A DNA stretch of 63,540 nt, filler included, from Sphacelaria rigidula (taxonomy: Eukaryota): NCBI GenBank assembly GCA_964200075.2. It is 7 parts of 7 records of this genome, joined end to end, with 100 filler letters (N's around TTAATTAATTAA, not from the genome) between each part and the next. Parts side by side here need not be neighbours in the genome. Positions count along the whole stretch, not along the records: positions 54,552 to 63,540 come from CAXNAA020009579.1; 6 more parts are not named here. One strand, written 5' to 3'. Every line of letters begins with the position of its first letter. Within the stretch, counting starts at the first letter, position 1. Positions 61,589 through 63,540 of the stretch are shown here, piece after piece. Made by a program: the position numbers and the translations under genes. Under the pieces are notes generated by a model, which did no database searches, was not told the DNA's origin, and saw only the letters and a list, made by a program, of their open reading frames with translations.

Positions 61589-63540
61589 ACTGAATCCAGT
61601 CAAGATTGTTTGGCCCGAAGCGGACTGATTATCTTGCATTTGGATGACAGCCTCCACCGAGTTGCTTAAAATCTGGTATCGCCACTTCCAGAGACAGCCA
61701 CGGCTTACACACTGCCTTGTGGGTTTCTCACGATTTAAACACTGTTATACGCTGTATGATCATCCCCTTTGCGCGGAATTGATGTTCTCCCACCGCGAAC
61801 AATATGATGTAGCTCGATCAGCATCATGGTTACCGCAAAAACAACGCAGTGAGTGGCGTATTTTACAGCGTCATTGTCAATCGACGCCAACTCAATAGGG
61901 GGTCCGTCCCTACGAAGCCGAGACGGAGTACCCTGGGTTTGCGCCAGACAAGGAACCAGGGGAGGGGGAGGGGGAGGGGGTACCTGCGTGTGTGATGTTA
62001 CCGTCCACAAAGAGAAGACAAGCGGCCGCTCTGGGAGGTGGCCGGCGGTATAGGCGGTAGCACCAACGCTATGGAGCGTGTTGCCGGTGCTGCAGTTTGC
62101 TGGGAAAACGGTTCGGTTAGCTCTATTAAAGTATTCGTGGCGTACGCTTAGCACTGTTGCTCCAGATCTCGTGCAGACGCGCTTTGAAGACATTATTTGA
62201 GTTCCGACGCGCAGGAACGGGAAAAATGGAGAACACTGCTTAGTTCCGGAAGGCGAGGGGGGCATGGGGTACAAGATACGATCGAGCTTTCCGGCACAGC
62301 GCCGAGCGTGGGTCGACCCCGCGCTTGGTCACGATACGGAGCATCCGCAGCCGCCACTTTTTTTCACCCTTGCGTGGGACCCTGAAAAGCAGTATGAGGA
62401 GTGCACGGAAAACGTTCATGTGTGCATTAAGGGAATGCTTACCCCGATTGATGGGCGGTGTGGTTTCTCGTGGCCATTCACGTTGGCTCTACTGCAATTT
62501 GTGAGTTCTCGCGGGTCAAATACCACAAGTATGCTCTCCGACAATCGGACAGCACAACCGATTTATCTGAAGGGGAACGATGATATCAGACTTCAAGCTT
62601 TGTTGCTGTCATCGGATGTGGTTTGCAGTCCTGCAATATGAGTTTGAACACATATTTGGTTCCAGTCACTAATAACAGTGGTTTCGTGAGATTGAGAGTA
62701 GAGGATACGATTGAGAGTGACAAGCGGTCAATTAGTTAATGGATCGTTTCAGTTCCGGAATGACCGTCGGCGAGGCCCGATATGCTTTCTGTTGTAGCTT
62801 GCCACTGGGACCCTTGATGTCCCTGAGTAGGACATCGACGTGTAGCTGTAAGCACACGCCAGTGATGGAGACAGAGAAAAACACACACGGAATGAAAAAT
62901 TGGCCAAGTTTAAGCGAACGATCAAAGCCGTCAACACCAGAAAACGGCCCGAAATCCACAAAAAAGCAAGTCAATGGAGCGAAGTCGTATTCTAGCTGTC
63001 GCCTCCCCTTCAGATAAGCCCGCAGACATGAGTTTTCCCCTTTCCCTGGTCCGTGCTCATATTCAAAGCACCATTCGGGGCCCTGACCCTCTGACGACGA
63101 AGGGTCTAGGATCTTTTTGTAGGACTAACCGCCCTACATTGAGCCCAGTAGTGCGTAGGCATACATGAGCTCACATGAACCTGCTGCTCCGCAGTTGAAC
63201 GGTTGAAATGAAATCAAGGCATCTAAGCCCCCAAAGTTGACATTTGGTGAGGGTGTTCTGGGATAAGGGTGGAGGGGGGGGAGGGGGTCGTATCCAGCGA
63301 ATGCCATGCCCCCCAGAGTTCTCCGATATTCGGTATCCGGTATCCCACATGAGATCTGTTTCGAGGGGGCACATAAATCATTGTATGCAAGAAAGGTGGT
63401 GGTTTACGCCCTGAGCAATCAAGTCTTTGTAAAACACAACTCGAGCTATTTCAAGAACCATTTCTATCGTACGAGCTGGGAACAGCCAATCATCTATGTT
63501 GAGGATGGTGCTTTTGATTGAGGATGAGAACCCGGAGGAT

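Overview
This window is not one locus. It is seven unrelated contigs of about 9 kb (1-8993, 9094-18086, 18187-27179, 27280-36271, 36372-45361, 45462-54451, 54552-63540), sorted by decreasing length and joined by identical artificial 100-nt spacers (N44-TTAATTAATTAA-N44). The DNA is eukaryotic, intron-rich and repeat-rich; a brown alga or related stramenopile is my inference, not proven. Most ORF-track entries are spurious. Hand-spliced gene fragments: an SV2/SVOP-like MFS transporter (6 phase-consistent exons including a 30-nt micro-exon, minus strand), a GH36 raffinose-synthase/Sip1-like gene (2 exons, minus), an MBD4-type HhH DNA glycosylase (3 exons, plus, with a possible frameshifted MBD-like domain upstream), an ankyrin-repeat exon, and a low-complexity orphan gene. 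Mobile DNA includes a decayed APE-RT LINE ending in a C-rich tail, a tRNA-derived SINE, a (CAAT)n-tailed retroposon, piggyBac-type MITEs (some in tandem arrays), hAT-like and Tc1/mariner-like MITEs, a palindromic MITE with unusual AACAC termini and 4-bp TSDs, and a 600-bp foldback. No CRISPR array, rRNA or intact tRNA was seen. I found no clearly new multi-gene system; the best leads are the MBD-like/MBD4 architecture, the AACAC MITE family, the C-tailed LINE and the long hairpin.
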